This document shows, piece after piece, positions 38,796 through 51,551 of a stretch of 53,794 nt of DNA. Under the pieces are notes generated by a model. It had not been told where the DNA came from, did not search any database, and saw only the letters and a program-made list of their open reading frames with translations. Location of the stretch: positions 1 through 53,794 of the forward strand of contig JBAMLT010000008.1 of NCBI GenBank assembly GCA_039793425.1, in the 5' to 3' direction. Position 1 is the first letter of the stretch. Each line of letters begins with the position of its first letter. The stretch comes from Caldisericota bacterium. GTDB taxonomy: Bacteria; Caldisericota; Caldisericia; B22-G15. Position numbers and translations under genes: made by a program.

Positions 38796-41769
38796 CCTTA
38801 AAAAATCTCTTAATATCTTGAATAGGGTCTTTCACATCTAATATAACAATTTCACTCGGGGTAAACTTAATTCTATTCAAAAATATTATTTCAAGAGTTC
38901 TAATTTTTAATGAATCTATTGGAGTTTCATTTGTTGGTTTTATAAAAATTTGATTACCCAAATTGGAAATCTTCTTAATTTTATATTTCTTTAAAATTAA
39001 ATTTAACTTTGAGGTTTCTATTAAATTTATAATGTTACCGTCAACTCTTCCAAATCTATCTTCTAATTCTTCCTTTATATTGGAAATTTCATCAAAAGAT
39101 TTTGCTTCAAAAAATTTTCTATAATAATATAACCTTTCATCTTCATAAGGAATATAATTTTCAGGTATTGTTGTATTAATATCTAAATCAAGATCAACAT
39201 ATAATTTTTTGTCATATTTAATACCCTTAAGTTTAGATATCTCCTCTTCTAATAATTCCATATAAAGTTCAAAACCTATTGAATTTATATAACCACTTTG
39301 TTCTTTGCCAAGTAAATTACCTGCACCTCTTATTTCAAGATCCTTTAATGCAACCTGGAAACCTGCACCAAGATAAGTCAATTCCTCAAGAACCTTTAAT
39401 CTCTTTTTACCATTTTCACTTATTTTGTTTGGATTATAAAATAAATATGCAATTGCTTTTTTATCCTTTCTTCCAACTCTACCTCTCAATTGGTAAAGTT
39501 GTGAAAGACCAAAATTTTGGGAATCAACTACTATTATTGTATTAACATTTTCATTGTCTAAACCAGCCTCAATTATTGTTGTGGAGAGTAACAAATCATA
39601 TTCTTTATTAATAAAACTTATCATACCTTCCTCAATTTCTTTTGAATCACATTGACCATGTAAAACAAGAATTTTTATATCTGGAACAAGTGATTGAATG
39701 AAAAGTTTTTCTTCTTCAATTGTTATTATTCTGTTATGTACATAATAAACTTGTCCGCCTCTTTTTAATTCATTAATTATTGCTTCTTTTATTAATATTG
39801 GATTAAATGGTGAAACAATAGTTTCAATAGGATATCTTCCTATTGGAGGTGTTCTTATTATTGAAAATTTTTTTATTCCTGAAAGAGACATTTCAAGAGT
39901 TCTTGGTATTGGAGTTGCAGAAAGATATAAAACATCAATATCTTCTTTTAATTTTTTTATTTTCTCTTTTTGTTCAACGCCAAAAAGATGTTCTTCATCA
40001 ATTATCAATAATCCTAAATCAAAAAATGAGATATCTTCACTTAATGCTCTATGAGTTGCAATTAAAAAATCTATTTTTCCATTTCTAATATCACTAATAA
40101 TATTTTTTTCTTCACTTTCTTTAGTCAATCTTGAAAGCATTTCAACTTTTATAGGAAAATTTTTAAACCTTTCGCTTATAACTCTATAATGCTGTAATGC
40201 AAGAATCGTGGTCGGGGTTAAAAGAAGAACCTGTTTCCCATTTAGAATAACTCTAATTGCTCCTCTTAAAGCAACTTCTGTTTTTCCAAATCCAACATCT
40301 CCACAAATAACTCTTTCAGTTAAATATTCACTTGATAAATCATTTCTTATATCATCAATTGCTTTCAATTGATCTTGAGTTAGTTCATAATCAAAAGATA
40401 AATCAAACTCTTCCTCAATATCTTTAAATTCTTTATATGGTCTCTTTTTAATAATTTCCCTTTTAGCATATAAATTCAAAAGTTCACCCGCAACTTTTTT
40501 TATATCCTCAACACTTTTTTCTTTTGTTCTTTTCCATTCATTTCCACCCAATCTTGAAAGTATAATATTTTCACTATCTCCAATATATTTTTTTACTCTA
40601 TCAATTTTCTCAACAGGAACATAAAGTTTTTCATTGTTTAAATACTCTATCAATAAATAATCTTTTTTTATACCTCCTCTTTCAAGATTTATTAATTTTT
40701 TAAATTTTCCAATTCCAAAATCTATATGAACTACAAAATCACCCTCTTTTAATTCTTCATACCTTGTAATTTCACTTAAAAATGATGGATATATATATTT
40801 TGAACTTATAAAAGATGGTTTTCTTTTCTTACCTATAACTGCAATATTTTTTTCTTTACTTAAAAAATTTTCTTTTATCAAACAATTGATAGAATTTTTT
40901 ATAAAATCTTCACTAATATAAAATACTTTAAAGTTTTTCTTTTTTAAATCATCATATAATTCCATGGTTTTGTTTTTAGAAAAGAAAGTTGGAAGTGATA
41001 CAAAATCATAATTTAAAAATTTTGAATCTAAATTTGTAATATATATGTGTTTAATATTTTCAAATTTTTCATTGTAAGATACAAAAATACCTTTATCTTT
41101 TAAAATATTATAAATATTTTCTTTCTTTACAAAATTTATTATTTCTACTTTTTTAATATTTTTTACAGATTTTTGAGTAAAAGGATCAAATTCTCTTATA
41201 TCTTCTATTGTATTTCCATCAAAAATTATTCTTACAGGATTGATTTGATTAATCAAAAAAATATCAATAATGCCGCCCCTTATAGCATATTCACCTTGAG
41301 ATTTCACAAAATTAACCCTTTCATAATCTTTTAGATAATTCTTAATTATAAAATTAAAATTAAATTCTTTATCTTTTGATAAAATTACTTTCTTTTCTTC
41401 AATGAATGTATTTTCATATAAATTTTTATAAGTTAAAAAGGCGATGAATTTATTTTTATTATTAATCTGTTTAAATGAGTTTATGAAATTTATAGTTTTA
41501 ACTGGATTATTTTTTTCAATTTCAGGAATAAAAATTTCATTATTATAATCATCGAAGGAAATACATTCTTCAAAAATTTCATATAATTCTTTCTCATCGC
41601 TCATTATAAAAAAAATAAATGGTGATATTGAGTTTAGTTTGATTAACAGAAAAGGAAGTGACCCTCTTACTATACCACCAATTTCATCTGGTATATCTTT
41701 TATATCGTTAAATAAAAGATCAGTAAATTCCCTTTTTATTTGATTTTGATACTGCTTTTTCTTCATCAT
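38782..41769 (-). CDS. mfd: Transcription-repair coupling factor (short N-terminal region)
   Basis: RGGIIDIF, VVHIDFGIG, CGDVGFGKTEVA, LSATPIPRTL, QLRGRVGR, DLEIRGAGNLLG; start uncertain. Confidence 0.95.
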   Translation of the reverse strand: MMKKKQYQNQIKREFTDLLFNDIKDIPDEIGGIVRGSLPFLLIKLNSISPFIFFIMSDEKELYEIFEECISFDDYNNEIFIPEIEKNNPVKTINFINSFKQINNKNKFIAFLTYKNLYENTFIEEKKVILSKDKEFNFNFIIKNYLKDYERVNFVKSQGEYAIRGGIIDIFLINQINPVRIIFDGNTIEDIREFDPFTQKSVKNIKKVEIINFVKKENIYNILKDKGIFVSYNEKFENIKHIYITNLDSKFLNYDFVSLPTFFSKNKTMELYDDLKKKNFKVFYISEDFIKNSINCLIKENFLSKEKNIAVIGKKRKPSFISSKYIYPSFLSEITRYEELKEGDFVVHIDFGIGKFKKLINLERGGIKKDYLLIEYLNNEKLYVPVEKIDRVKKYIGDSENIILSRLGGNEWKRTKEKSVEDIKKVAGELLNLYAKREIIKKRPYKEFKDIEEEFDLSFDYELTQDQLKAIDDIRNDLSSEYLTERVICGDVGFGKTEVALRGAIRVILNGKQVLLLTPTTILALQHYRVISERFKNFPIKVEMLSRLTKESEEKNIISDIRNGKIDFLIATHRALSEDISFFDLGLLIIDEEHLFGVEQKEKIKKLKEDIDVLYLSATPIPRTLEMSLSGIKKFSIIRTPPIGRYPIETIVSPFNPILIKEAIINELKRGGQVYYVHNRIITIEEEKLFIQSLVPDIKILVLHGQCDSKEIEEGMISFINKEYDLLLSTTIIEAGLDNENVNTIIVVDSQNFGLSQLYQLRGRVGRKDKKAIAYLFYNPNKISENGKKRLKVLEELTYLGAGFQVALKDLEIRGAGNLLGKEQSGYINSIGFELYMELLEEEISKLKGIKYDKKLYVDLDLDINTTIPENYIPYEDERLYYYRKFFEAKSFDEISNIKEELEDRFGRVDGNIINLIETSKLNLILKKYKIKKISNLGNQIFIKPTNETPIDSLKIRTLEIIFLNRIKFTPSEIVILDVKDPIQDIKRFFKVIEI

Positions 41770-42304
41770 AAAAAATAAAAGACATTAAAATATCCTCAGC
41801 ATGGATAAATGCTTTTTTATAAATTTTTCTATCAACAAATGGTATCGGACTTAAAACATAATTTATCGTATCAATATCATCTGGAGGTCTTCCAATTCCA
41901 ATTCTCAATCTAAAAAATTGATTGGTATTTAAATCATTTATTATCGATTTAATACCATTATGACCACCATCTCCTCTGTTGAAAATAAATTGAATTCCTC
42001 CTATAGGAAGATCAAGATCATCATGAACAATTACATATTTTTTTAAATCAATTTTTAAATTATTATATATTTCTTTCACTGCTTCACCAGAAAGATTCAT
42101 ATATGTTAAAGGTTTTATTAACAGAATATTCTCGACTTTATCTTCAAAAAAAATTTTCCCTTCCCCAAATTCACTTTTCCATTTTATTTTATCAATCTTA
42201 ATTTTCCATTTTTTTGATAAGAAATTAATAAAATCAAAACCAATATTGTGTCTTGTGCCTAAAAATTCAAATTCTGGATTGCCAAGTCCAATGATTACAT
42301 ACAC
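41720..42304 (-). CDS. pth: Peptidyl-tRNA hydrolase
   Basis: GLGNP, TRHNIGF, KPLTYMNLSG, HDDLDL, GGHNG, RLRIGIGRP. Confidence 0.96.
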   Translation of the reverse strand: MYVIIGLGNPEFEFLGTRHNIGFDFINFLSKKWKIKIDKIKWKSEFGEGKIFFEDKVENILLIKPLTYMNLSGEAVKEIYNNLKIDLKKYVIVHDDLDLPIGGIQFIFNRGDGGHNGIKSIINDLNTNQFFRLRIGIGRPPDDIDTINYVLSPIPFVDRKIYKKAFIHAEDILMSFIFYDEEKAVSKSNKKGIY

Positions 42305-42307
42305 AAA

Positions 42308-42982
42308 TTATTTCTTTTCTTCTTTTTTCTCTTTTGTTTCAGGTGCAGTTGTTTGTGCCCCGGCTTCTTCTGGTTTAGCTTCTTCTAAAACAACTTCCTC
42401 TTCAACCTTAACTTCTTCTTTTGTTGGTGTAGATACAGTTACAACTGTTTCATCAGGTTCATGTAAAACTTTAACACCCTGTGGTATTTCTATATCAGAT
42501 ATATGAATAGAATCACCTATTTTTAAATCACTTATATTCACTTCAACAAAAGAAGGTAAATCCATAGGTTTTGCCTCTAACTCAATCTCATAAAGGGCTT
42601 TAAATAATACTCCACCTTCCTTAACACCAACAGGTTCCCCTATATAATGTATTGGAACTTTTGAAATAATTGATTTTTCAAGAGAAACTGAATGGAAATC
42701 AACATGTGTTACTTCATCTTTCACAGGGTGAAATTGTTCATCTTTCAATACTGCTATTAATTTTTTTCTACTTTTTTCTATTTCAATTTCAACAAGAAAA
42801 TCTTCTTCTCTTTTTAACTTTATTAAATCTGTAATATTTTTCAATGGAACTGAGATTAATATATTATTTTTTAGACCCTCTCCATATATAACTCCAGGTA
42901 CAAGACTTTTCTCTCTTAACTTTCTTAAATCACTTTTTTTCATTGTCTCTCTTTTTGCTACTTTTAATGAAACTCTTTTCAT
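42308..42982 (-). CDS. rplY: 50S ribosomal protein L25/Ctc
   Basis: VPGVIYG, QFHPV...HVDF, GVKEGG, LKIGDSIHISD, acidic tail. Confidence 0.95.
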   Translation of the reverse strand: MKRVSLKVAKRETMKKSDLRKLREKSLVPGVIYGEGLKNNILISVPLKNITDLIKLKREEDFLVEIEIEKSRKKLIAVLKDEQFHPVKDEVTHVDFHSVSLEKSIISKVPIHYIGEPVGVKEGGVLFKALYEIELEAKPMDLPSFVEVNISDLKIGDSIHISDIEIPQGVKVLHEPDETVVTVSTPTKEEVKVEEEVVLEEAKPEEAGAQTTAPETKEKKEEKK

Positions 42983-43059
42983 CTATATCCTCCTTTTAAT
43001 AACTTCTTTATAACCTATATAAGTTTAATTTATTTTTTAAAATTGTAAAGGGATGTTTA

Positions 43060-43629
43060 TTAATCAAAAAATGGTTCATTTAAATTTGCTTTATTTGAAT
43101 ATCCTCTACTTTCCCAGTATCCTTTATATTTAGTATCGTTTGATAGTTCAATCTTATTTACCCACTTTATCCATTTATATGCCCATTTATTTTCCCCAAT
43201 AAGTTGAAATGGAAAACCTCTCTCAGGTGGTAAAATTATTCCATTCATTTTATATGCTAAAAATAATTTATTGTTAATAACAAAATCTTTTGATAGAGAA
43301 GTTGTATAACCATCAATAGCATGAAATATTATAACAGGGTAATTTAAATTAACTTTAGAGTTAATTAAAATATCTTCTACTGGTATGCCTTCCCATAATA
43401 TATCGACATTCCATCCATCAACACAATAAAGAGTTATAACTTTTTTTATTGAGTTAAAATTTTTTATCAATTCTTCATATTCATATTCTTTTATTAATTC
43501 TTTCTCTTCATTTATTTGAAGTCTATATTTTTTTATATCAACTATTTGTGGACCTTTTATAGAATTTTCAACAAAATCATCTATAGAATTAAGTAATTTT
43601 CCTTCATATTCTCTAGTCTCTTTTTCCAT
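43060..43629 (-). CDS. Molybdopterin-dependent oxidoreductase (MsrP/YedY-like catalytic domain)
   Basis: LYCVDGW, DGYTTSL, MNG..LPPERGFP, KWIKWV, GYWESRGY; GGAGG SD before ATG 43629. Confidence 0.85.
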   Translation of the reverse strand: MEKETREYEGKLLNSIDDFVENSIKGPQIVDIKKYRLQINEEKELIKEYEYEELIKNFNSIKKVITLYCVDGWNVDILWEGIPVEDILINSKVNLNYPVIIFHAIDGYTTSLSKDFVINNKLFLAYKMNGIILPPERGFPFQLIGENKWAYKWIKWVNKIELSNDTKYKGYWESRGYSNKANLNEPFFD

Positions 43630-43730
43630 TAATACCTCCAATATGTTAATATTATTAAAATATTACAATTTTATGAAACTTTTTTCAACAATAAGTGTTT
43701 ATTATAATATAGAAACATAAGGAGGTTTTT

Positions 43731-44144
43731 ATGAGTAAGTTTACATTAAGAAAAATTTATCTTTATCTTTTTTCACTTGTTGGTTTAAGTTTGATAATAG
43801 TTGGAACAGTAGGATTGATTAACCTTGGGTTACAATTAACTTTTTTTAAAAGTGCTCTTGAGTATAGATATGGATATGTACAACCCCCTTATCCATATTT
43901 TTTGGAAGGTATAAAATTCGATGAAGCAGTTGAAAAAATTGAATTAACAGAAGAACAAAAAAGATCACTTGAGCAATGGAAGGTTGAATATGATAATTAT
44001 ATATCAAAAGGAAAAAATTTAGGTTATCTACCATATGTTTCAGATTCATTAACAAGAAATATTTCACTTCTTATAGTGGGTATTCCTGTTTATTTTTATC
44101 ACTGGGGTCTGATTAAAAAAGAGCATAATACAGAAGAAAACTAA
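43731..44144 (+). CDS. Two-TM hypothetical membrane protein (DUF5671-like)
   Basis: RKIYLYLFSLVGL...LIVGIPVYFYHW; AAGGAGG SD. Confidence 0.65.
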   Translation: MSKFTLRKIYLYLFSLVGLSLIIVGTVGLINLGLQLTFFKSALEYRYGYVQPPYPYFLEGIKFDEAVEKIELTEEQKRSLEQWKVEYDNYISKGKNLGYLPYVSDSLTRNISLLIVGIPVYFYHWGLIKKEHNTEEN

Positions 44145-44171
44145 AAAATTATTATTAAAATAAATTTTTTA

Positions 44172-46118
44172 TTAGAAAAGATCGCTTGATAATAAACCTA
44201 ATCTTATTTCAGTAGATTTTAGAATATATTCTATTAAGGTTTTGTAATCGATATTATCAATTCTTGCAATTTCTGCTAAAAATCCATCAAAATGCCATCC
44301 GGGATTAGGATTAACTTCAAGTAGTTTTGGATTTCCGTCTGAATTCAATCTGAAATCAAATCTTGCATAATCTCTACAATCCAATCTTTCAAAAAGTTTT
44401 ATACTCCATTCAAGCAAATCTCTTTCCATTTCTTCAGGAATATCTGCTTTTATAAATTTTATTTTTCCATAAGGAGAATCAGGAAGCCATTTTGCTTCAT
44501 ATCCACAGATCTTTGGCAAATCTTCAGGAATGGATGAATAATCAAGTTCTGCTATTGGAAGCAGTTTATATGGATATTTTGGAGGATTACCTATTAAACC
44601 AATGCTCAATTCTTTTCCAGTTAGAAATTCTTCAATTAAAATTGGTTTATCATAACCAAAAAGGTCTCTTATATCTCTAATTGCATTGATTAAATTTTCA
44701 AGGTTATATGAAACATTTTTTTGTGTAATACCAAAACTTGAATCTCCAAAATTAGGTTTTACTATAACTGGAAATGGAAATGGAAGTTCAAATATACTTT
44801 CACCTGGTTTTATCAAGAATGCATCAGGAACTGGGATACCCATTTCTCTTGCAACTCCCCTTACCAAAGATTTATCATATGAATGTGCAAGAGATTGAGG
44901 AGATGCTCCAGTATAATTAATTCCGAGAACTTCAAGTAGTGCAGGTATGTGTAATTCTTTTGTTGGGTCATTGAAATAACCTTCATCACAAAAATTCAAG
45001 ATGTAATTAACCTTATCTTTTATTCTTTCAATCTCTTTAATCAAGTTATCATGGTTATTTATATAAATGAAATTATAACCTTTAATCTGTCTTAAATTTT
45101 CTTTTAATTTATCTATTGCTCTCAAATCATCTTCATCAAAAATATTATTCGGCTTTAAAGGATCTTTTTTTGTTGGATCTCCAAGTATAACAGCAACATT
45201 TCTCTGTTCTCTTCTAATTCTTGTTTTTTTCTCTACTACTTCCTTTTTAGCAACACCAGTAAAAAGAATATGCTTTTCACCAATTTGAAAATTTGTTATT
45301 CTACTTTTTATATCAATAGAGTGTTCTATTACCTGAATATCTTTAAAACCTGCCTCTTTGAGTAAATTTGAAATCAATTCTTTTGAATAAAGTCTTATTG
45401 AAAAGAAACTATCTTTTAAGATTCCCTTTTCAATGTGATTCAAAATTTCTCTTATTATCAAACTTTCGCCATCTATAGATAGATTTGTTTCTCTTAAAAC
45501 AAAATGTTTCTTATCAAGCCATTGCCAATAATAAGGAATGATATTCTTCTTTTCATATTCACTATCAATAATATCAATTAGAATTTTCCCATTTGGACTT
45601 AATACTCTATATATTTCTTTTAATACATTTAAAGAATCAAGAGGAGTATCAAAAAATCCAAAAACATTACCAACAAGAAGAACAAAATCGAAACTATCTT
45701 GTGGGTATGATAATTTTCTTGGTGTTCCTTCCCTATATTTTACATTCAAACCCTCTTTTTCAGCCTTTGCTCTTGCTTTTTGTACAAGTAGACTTGACCT
45801 ATCTAAACCCTCAACATTCTCATAACCTCTCCTTGCAAGTTCCAAAGAATATTCACCATGACTTGATATAAGATCAAGAATTCTTGAGTTAAATTCAGGT
45901 TTTAAAACTAAAAGAAATTTCTCAATCTCTTTTTTTGTAATATCTTTAATCTCTTGTTCTTCAACATCGCTACTTATAAGAAAAGGTGAAATTTTTATCT
46001 GACTTGTATGACTTTTAATATATTCTTCGAGATTAGAAATTTGACCTAACTGTTTTTTAGGTATCTTTCCATTCTGCTTACTTCGTGGCCTATCTTTATC
46101 CTGATTATTTCCATTCAT
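44172..46118 (-). CDS. Class I methyltransferase-like domain fused to a D-Ala-D-Ala-ligase-like ATP-grasp domain
   Basis: ILDL...SLELARRG, GLDRS; YTGA, DKSL, VIVKP, DSSFGI, IEEFLTGKE, RDYARFDFR, LEVNPNPG; GGAGG SD before ATG 46118. Confidence 0.85.
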   Translation of the reverse strand: MNGNNQDKDRPRSKQNGKIPKKQLGQISNLEEYIKSHTSQIKISPFLISSDVEEQEIKDITKKEIEKFLLVLKPEFNSRILDLISSHGEYSLELARRGYENVEGLDRSSLLVQKARAKAEKEGLNVKYREGTPRKLSYPQDSFDFVLLVGNVFGFFDTPLDSLNVLKEIYRVLSPNGKILIDIIDSEYEKKNIIPYYWQWLDKKHFVLRETNLSIDGESLIIREILNHIEKGILKDSFFSIRLYSKELISNLLKEAGFKDIQVIEHSIDIKSRITNFQIGEKHILFTGVAKKEVVEKKTRIRREQRNVAVILGDPTKKDPLKPNNIFDEDDLRAIDKLKENLRQIKGYNFIYINNHDNLIKEIERIKDKVNYILNFCDEGYFNDPTKELHIPALLEVLGINYTGASPQSLAHSYDKSLVRGVAREMGIPVPDAFLIKPGESIFELPFPFPVIVKPNFGDSSFGITQKNVSYNLENLINAIRDIRDLFGYDKPILIEEFLTGKELSIGLIGNPPKYPYKLLPIAELDYSSIPEDLPKICGYEAKWLPDSPYGKIKFIKADIPEEMERDLLEWSIKLFERLDCRDYARFDFRLNSDGNPKLLEVNPNPGWHFDGFLAEIARIDNIDYKTLIEYILKSTEIRLGLLSSDLF

Positions 46119-46153
46119 AAAATATAAAACCTCCAAAAAAATAGTTCTTAATT

Positions 46154-46181
46154 AATATATAAAATTCTAATGATTTGTCAA
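46154..46181 (-). promoter_or_regulatory. Candidate sigma70 promoter TTGACA-N16-TATATT for the MTase-Ddl gene
   Basis: Exact -35 at 46181-46176 and 5/6 -10. Confidence 0.45.
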
Positions 46182-46193
46182 GTATAAACAAAT

Positions 46194-47015
46194 TTATGTT
46201 TCTAAAACTTCTTTATTTAATTTTTGATAAAAGGGAAGTAATAAGATATTTAAAAAAATTAAAACAATGAAACCTGCAACACCTGTTAAACCTTTAGTCA
46301 AATCACTTCCCCCAATAAGCATAACAATTGGAATACCTCCTAAAGCATTTATAACTCCATGAAAAATTGAGGGAACAATAACTGATTTAGATTTTAGGGT
46401 CAGATATATCATAATAGGTGTAAGTAAAATACAAAATATAATCATCATAAAAATACCTAAAATTCTATGATCAGGATAGTTCAAACCAAGTAAAATCATT
46501 GGTGCATGCCATATACCCCATACAAAACCTATTATTAGGGAAGATCTGTAAAAACCAAGGTGGATTAAATTATTAACAAGATATGCTCTCCATCCAACCT
46601 CTTCTCCTAATGCAATTAAAGCATTTACAGTTGAACCAAAAATTATTCCTTGAAGAATCAATAATATTAAATAATATGGTTTAAAATATTCAGAATGTAA
46701 GGTTGTGTCCTTAAAAATTAAACTTGAAAATAATGATAAGAAACCTAATATTATTGGAATTAATATCGAAAATATTAAATATTTATTCCATTTAAAATAA
46801 AATCCAAGACCTTTTAAATTCCCATGAAAAATATATTTTTCAACTATCACAACAGTAAAAAATGGCATGTACATATATATTATTGAGAAAACAGTAAAAA
46901 AATTCTGAGAAAAAACAATTTTGTTCTTTAGTAAAATTACCATAAAACCAAAAACATAAGTTATTATTAATACGAGAATAATAAAAATAATAGATTTTCT
47001 TATTTCTTCTTTCAT
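46194..47015 (-). CDS. CPBP (CAAX/Abi) intramembrane glutamic endopeptidase
   Basis: GEEVGWRAYL, WGIWHAP, FHGVIN. Confidence 0.92.
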   Translation of the reverse strand: MKEEIRKSIIFIILVLIITYVFGFMVILLKNKIVFSQNFFTVFSIIYMYMPFFTVVIVEKYIFHGNLKGLGFYFKWNKYLIFSILIPIILGFLSLFSSLIFKDTTLHSEYFKPYYLILLILQGIIFGSTVNALIALGEEVGWRAYLVNNLIHLGFYRSSLIIGFVWGIWHAPMILLGLNYPDHRILGIFMMIIFCILLTPIMIYLTLKSKSVIVPSIFHGVINALGGIPIVMLIGGSDLTKGLTGVAGFIVLIFLNILLLPFYQKLNKEVLET

Positions 47016-47016
47016 T

Positions 47017-47440
47017 TCATTTTCTTAGTTTAGGAGAATCATACCATTCACCACTTATTTTCATCTCTCCATTAATTTCTTCAAAAACAATTCTTACTGT
47101 AACATCGCTTGTTTCATCTGTAAATTTTGCTTTATATGTAACAACAATATAATTTTTTTTCTTTAGTTGCCATATAAAATTTCTTTGAATCTTCAATATA
47201 TTTGCCGATTTTTCCCTCAATTAGATCTATACTTTCTATAAATTTCTCTTTGGTTATAGCCTTTTTCATTTTATCGCTGAAATCTTTTGAATATTTTTCA
47301 TAATTTTTTTCATTCCTACCAATAAGTAAATTCTCAGTCATTGGATCAGCATATTCTCTAACTTTATTAACATCAATTTTTGTTCCACAAGATATTAAAA
47401 AAAATAATAAAAATAAAATAATCGACATTTTTATTTTCAT
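47017..47440 (-). pseudogene. DUF3887-like lipoprotein split at an A8 run (real or error)
   Basis: Lipobox LISC; FSDKMKKA...; the frames join as TKEKNYIVVTYKAKF...ISGEWYDSPKLR if T8 at + strand 47153-47160 were T7. Confidence 0.72.
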
Positions 47441-47452
47441 ATATACCTCCTA

Positions 47453-49854
<2,402 letters not shown>

Positions 49855-49858
49855 AGCG

Positions 49859-51547
49859 TCACTCCAAATGATATTTCTCCTCTGAAAGGTTGTACATTCT
49901 CCTCCAGAAGAATCTATTAAATAATACTACAATAATAGCCATAAATAAAGTGCTTGCTGCAAGTAAAGGTGTGTTTCCATTTTCAGTTGCACTACTTATC
50001 AAAGCCCCAAGACCCGGAATTTGATGAACTTTTCCACCAAAATTAACATATTCAGAAACAATACTTGAGTTCCATGCACCACCCCATGCAGTAATACCAC
50101 CTGTTATTAATGATGGAAAAATTGCAGGAATTGTTAAAATTGACCACCATCTGCTGCCTTTAACATCAAAAATTTTACTTACTTCAATAAGATCTTTTGG
50201 AATCTGATGAGCGCCACCAATTACATTAAAAAGTAAATACCATTGTGTCCCTAATGCCATTAAAATTATTGAACTTATATTAAGACCACCCTTTATATTC
50301 AAGAAGAATAATAAAATAATTGGAAAAATAGCCGTTGCTGGAATTGATGCAAGTATCTGAACTATAGGTTGAGCATATTTAGAAATTTTTGGATTTATTC
50401 CAATTTTTACTCCAACTGGTATTGTCCAAAGATAACCTATTGTAACAGCAAGAATCACTCTTACAAGGGTAAAAAAGCCACTTTTGAAAATAAGTAACCA
50501 GTTATCTAAAGAAACTGAACTAATGAGTTTAATTAAACCTTCAAAACCTCTTATTATTAAAATAAAAATTAATCCAAAAATTATATAAGAAATTATTTTT
50601 TTAATTACTTCAAAGGTAAAATTTTCGTTGAAACTTTTTCTTTTTGAATAAATATTTATCATTATTTTATTTAAAGGTAAAATTAATGTTTTTGAAATTA
50701 GATTAATGATTTGTGATTTCTGGTACCAATCAAGAACAACTGAACTTACTTCTTCCTCAGCCTTTTCTTCTAATTTAAATTTTATTGACCATGCTATTAA
50801 AGGTCTCCATATTAATTGATCTATTAAAACAATAATTAAAATTAAAGTTATCAATGCAAAAACAATCATAGTTAAATTTCCTTCTTCAGATGCCTTAGCG
50901 AGAAATGAACCAAGTCCAGGAAGTGTATAATTTTGATTTATAACAGAAAAATTTTCACAAGCCATTAAAAAGAACCATCCTCCCGCAACAGACATCATGC
51001 TATTCCATATTAAACCTATTGCAGCATGAGGGAGGTCGAGTTTTGTAAATCTTTGCCAGAAATTCAATTTATTTATTTTCGCACCTTCATCTAATTCTCT
51101 TGGAATAGTTTTTAAAGAATTATAAAAACTGAAAACAAGATTCCAAACTTGACCTGTAAATATTAAAATAATGGATGCAAGTTCAAGTCCTATTCTCGAA
51201 CCCTTAAAAATAGAAACCATGAAAAAGAAAACAGGAGGTAAAAATGATAATACTGGAATAGATTGAAGCACATCAAGAAGAGGTATTAAAAAAATCTCTA
51301 AAGTTTTATTTCTGTATGCAAGATAACCATAAACAATCGCAAATATGAATGATAGAATAAATGCAATAAAAACTCTTAATATTGAATAAAAAGAGTAAAG
51401 TGGAAGATATTTTGTTGAAAGAATAATACCTTTCTGTTCAACTATAATCTGAGAGTAATTTTTACTTCCAATTAAAATAAAATAAAATAGAGCAAAAACC
51501 AAACCTATAGATAAAATATCAATTGGATTAAAAGTTTTTCTATTCAC
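49859..51547 (-). CDS. NitT/TauT-family ABC permease with two fused TM domains
   Basis: LQSIPVLSF, WNSMMSVAGGWFFL, LPGLGS; second half ASIPATAIFP, GGAWNSSIVSE. Confidence 0.9.
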   Translation of the reverse strand: MNRKTFNPIDILSIGLVFALFYFILIGSKNYSQIIVEQKGIILSTKYLPLYSFYSILRVFIAFILSFIFAIVYGYLAYRNKTLEIFLIPLLDVLQSIPVLSFLPPVFFFMVSIFKGSRIGLELASIILIFTGQVWNLVFSFYNSLKTIPRELDEGAKINKLNFWQRFTKLDLPHAAIGLIWNSMMSVAGGWFFLMACENFSVINQNYTLPGLGSFLAKASEEGNLTMIVFALITLILIIVLIDQLIWRPLIAWSIKFKLEEKAEEEVSSVVLDWYQKSQIINLISKTLILPLNKIMINIYSKRKSFNENFTFEVIKKIISYIIFGLIFILIIRGFEGLIKLISSVSLDNWLLIFKSGFFTLVRVILAVTIGYLWTIPVGVKIGINPKISKYAQPIVQILASIPATAIFPIILLFFLNIKGGLNISSIILMALGTQWYLLFNVIGGAHQIPKDLIEVSKIFDVKGSRWWSILTIPAIFPSLITGGITAWGGAWNSSIVSEYVNFGGKVHQIPGLGALISSATENGNTPLLAASTLFMAIIVVLFNRFFWRRMYNLSEEKYHLE

Positions 51548-51551
51548 TTAA

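Noticed and set aside
41720-41769. 50-nt overlap between pth and mfd suggesting a fusion or frameshift
   Set aside because: Pth has a normal C-terminus; the overlap more likely reflects an uncertain mfd start.
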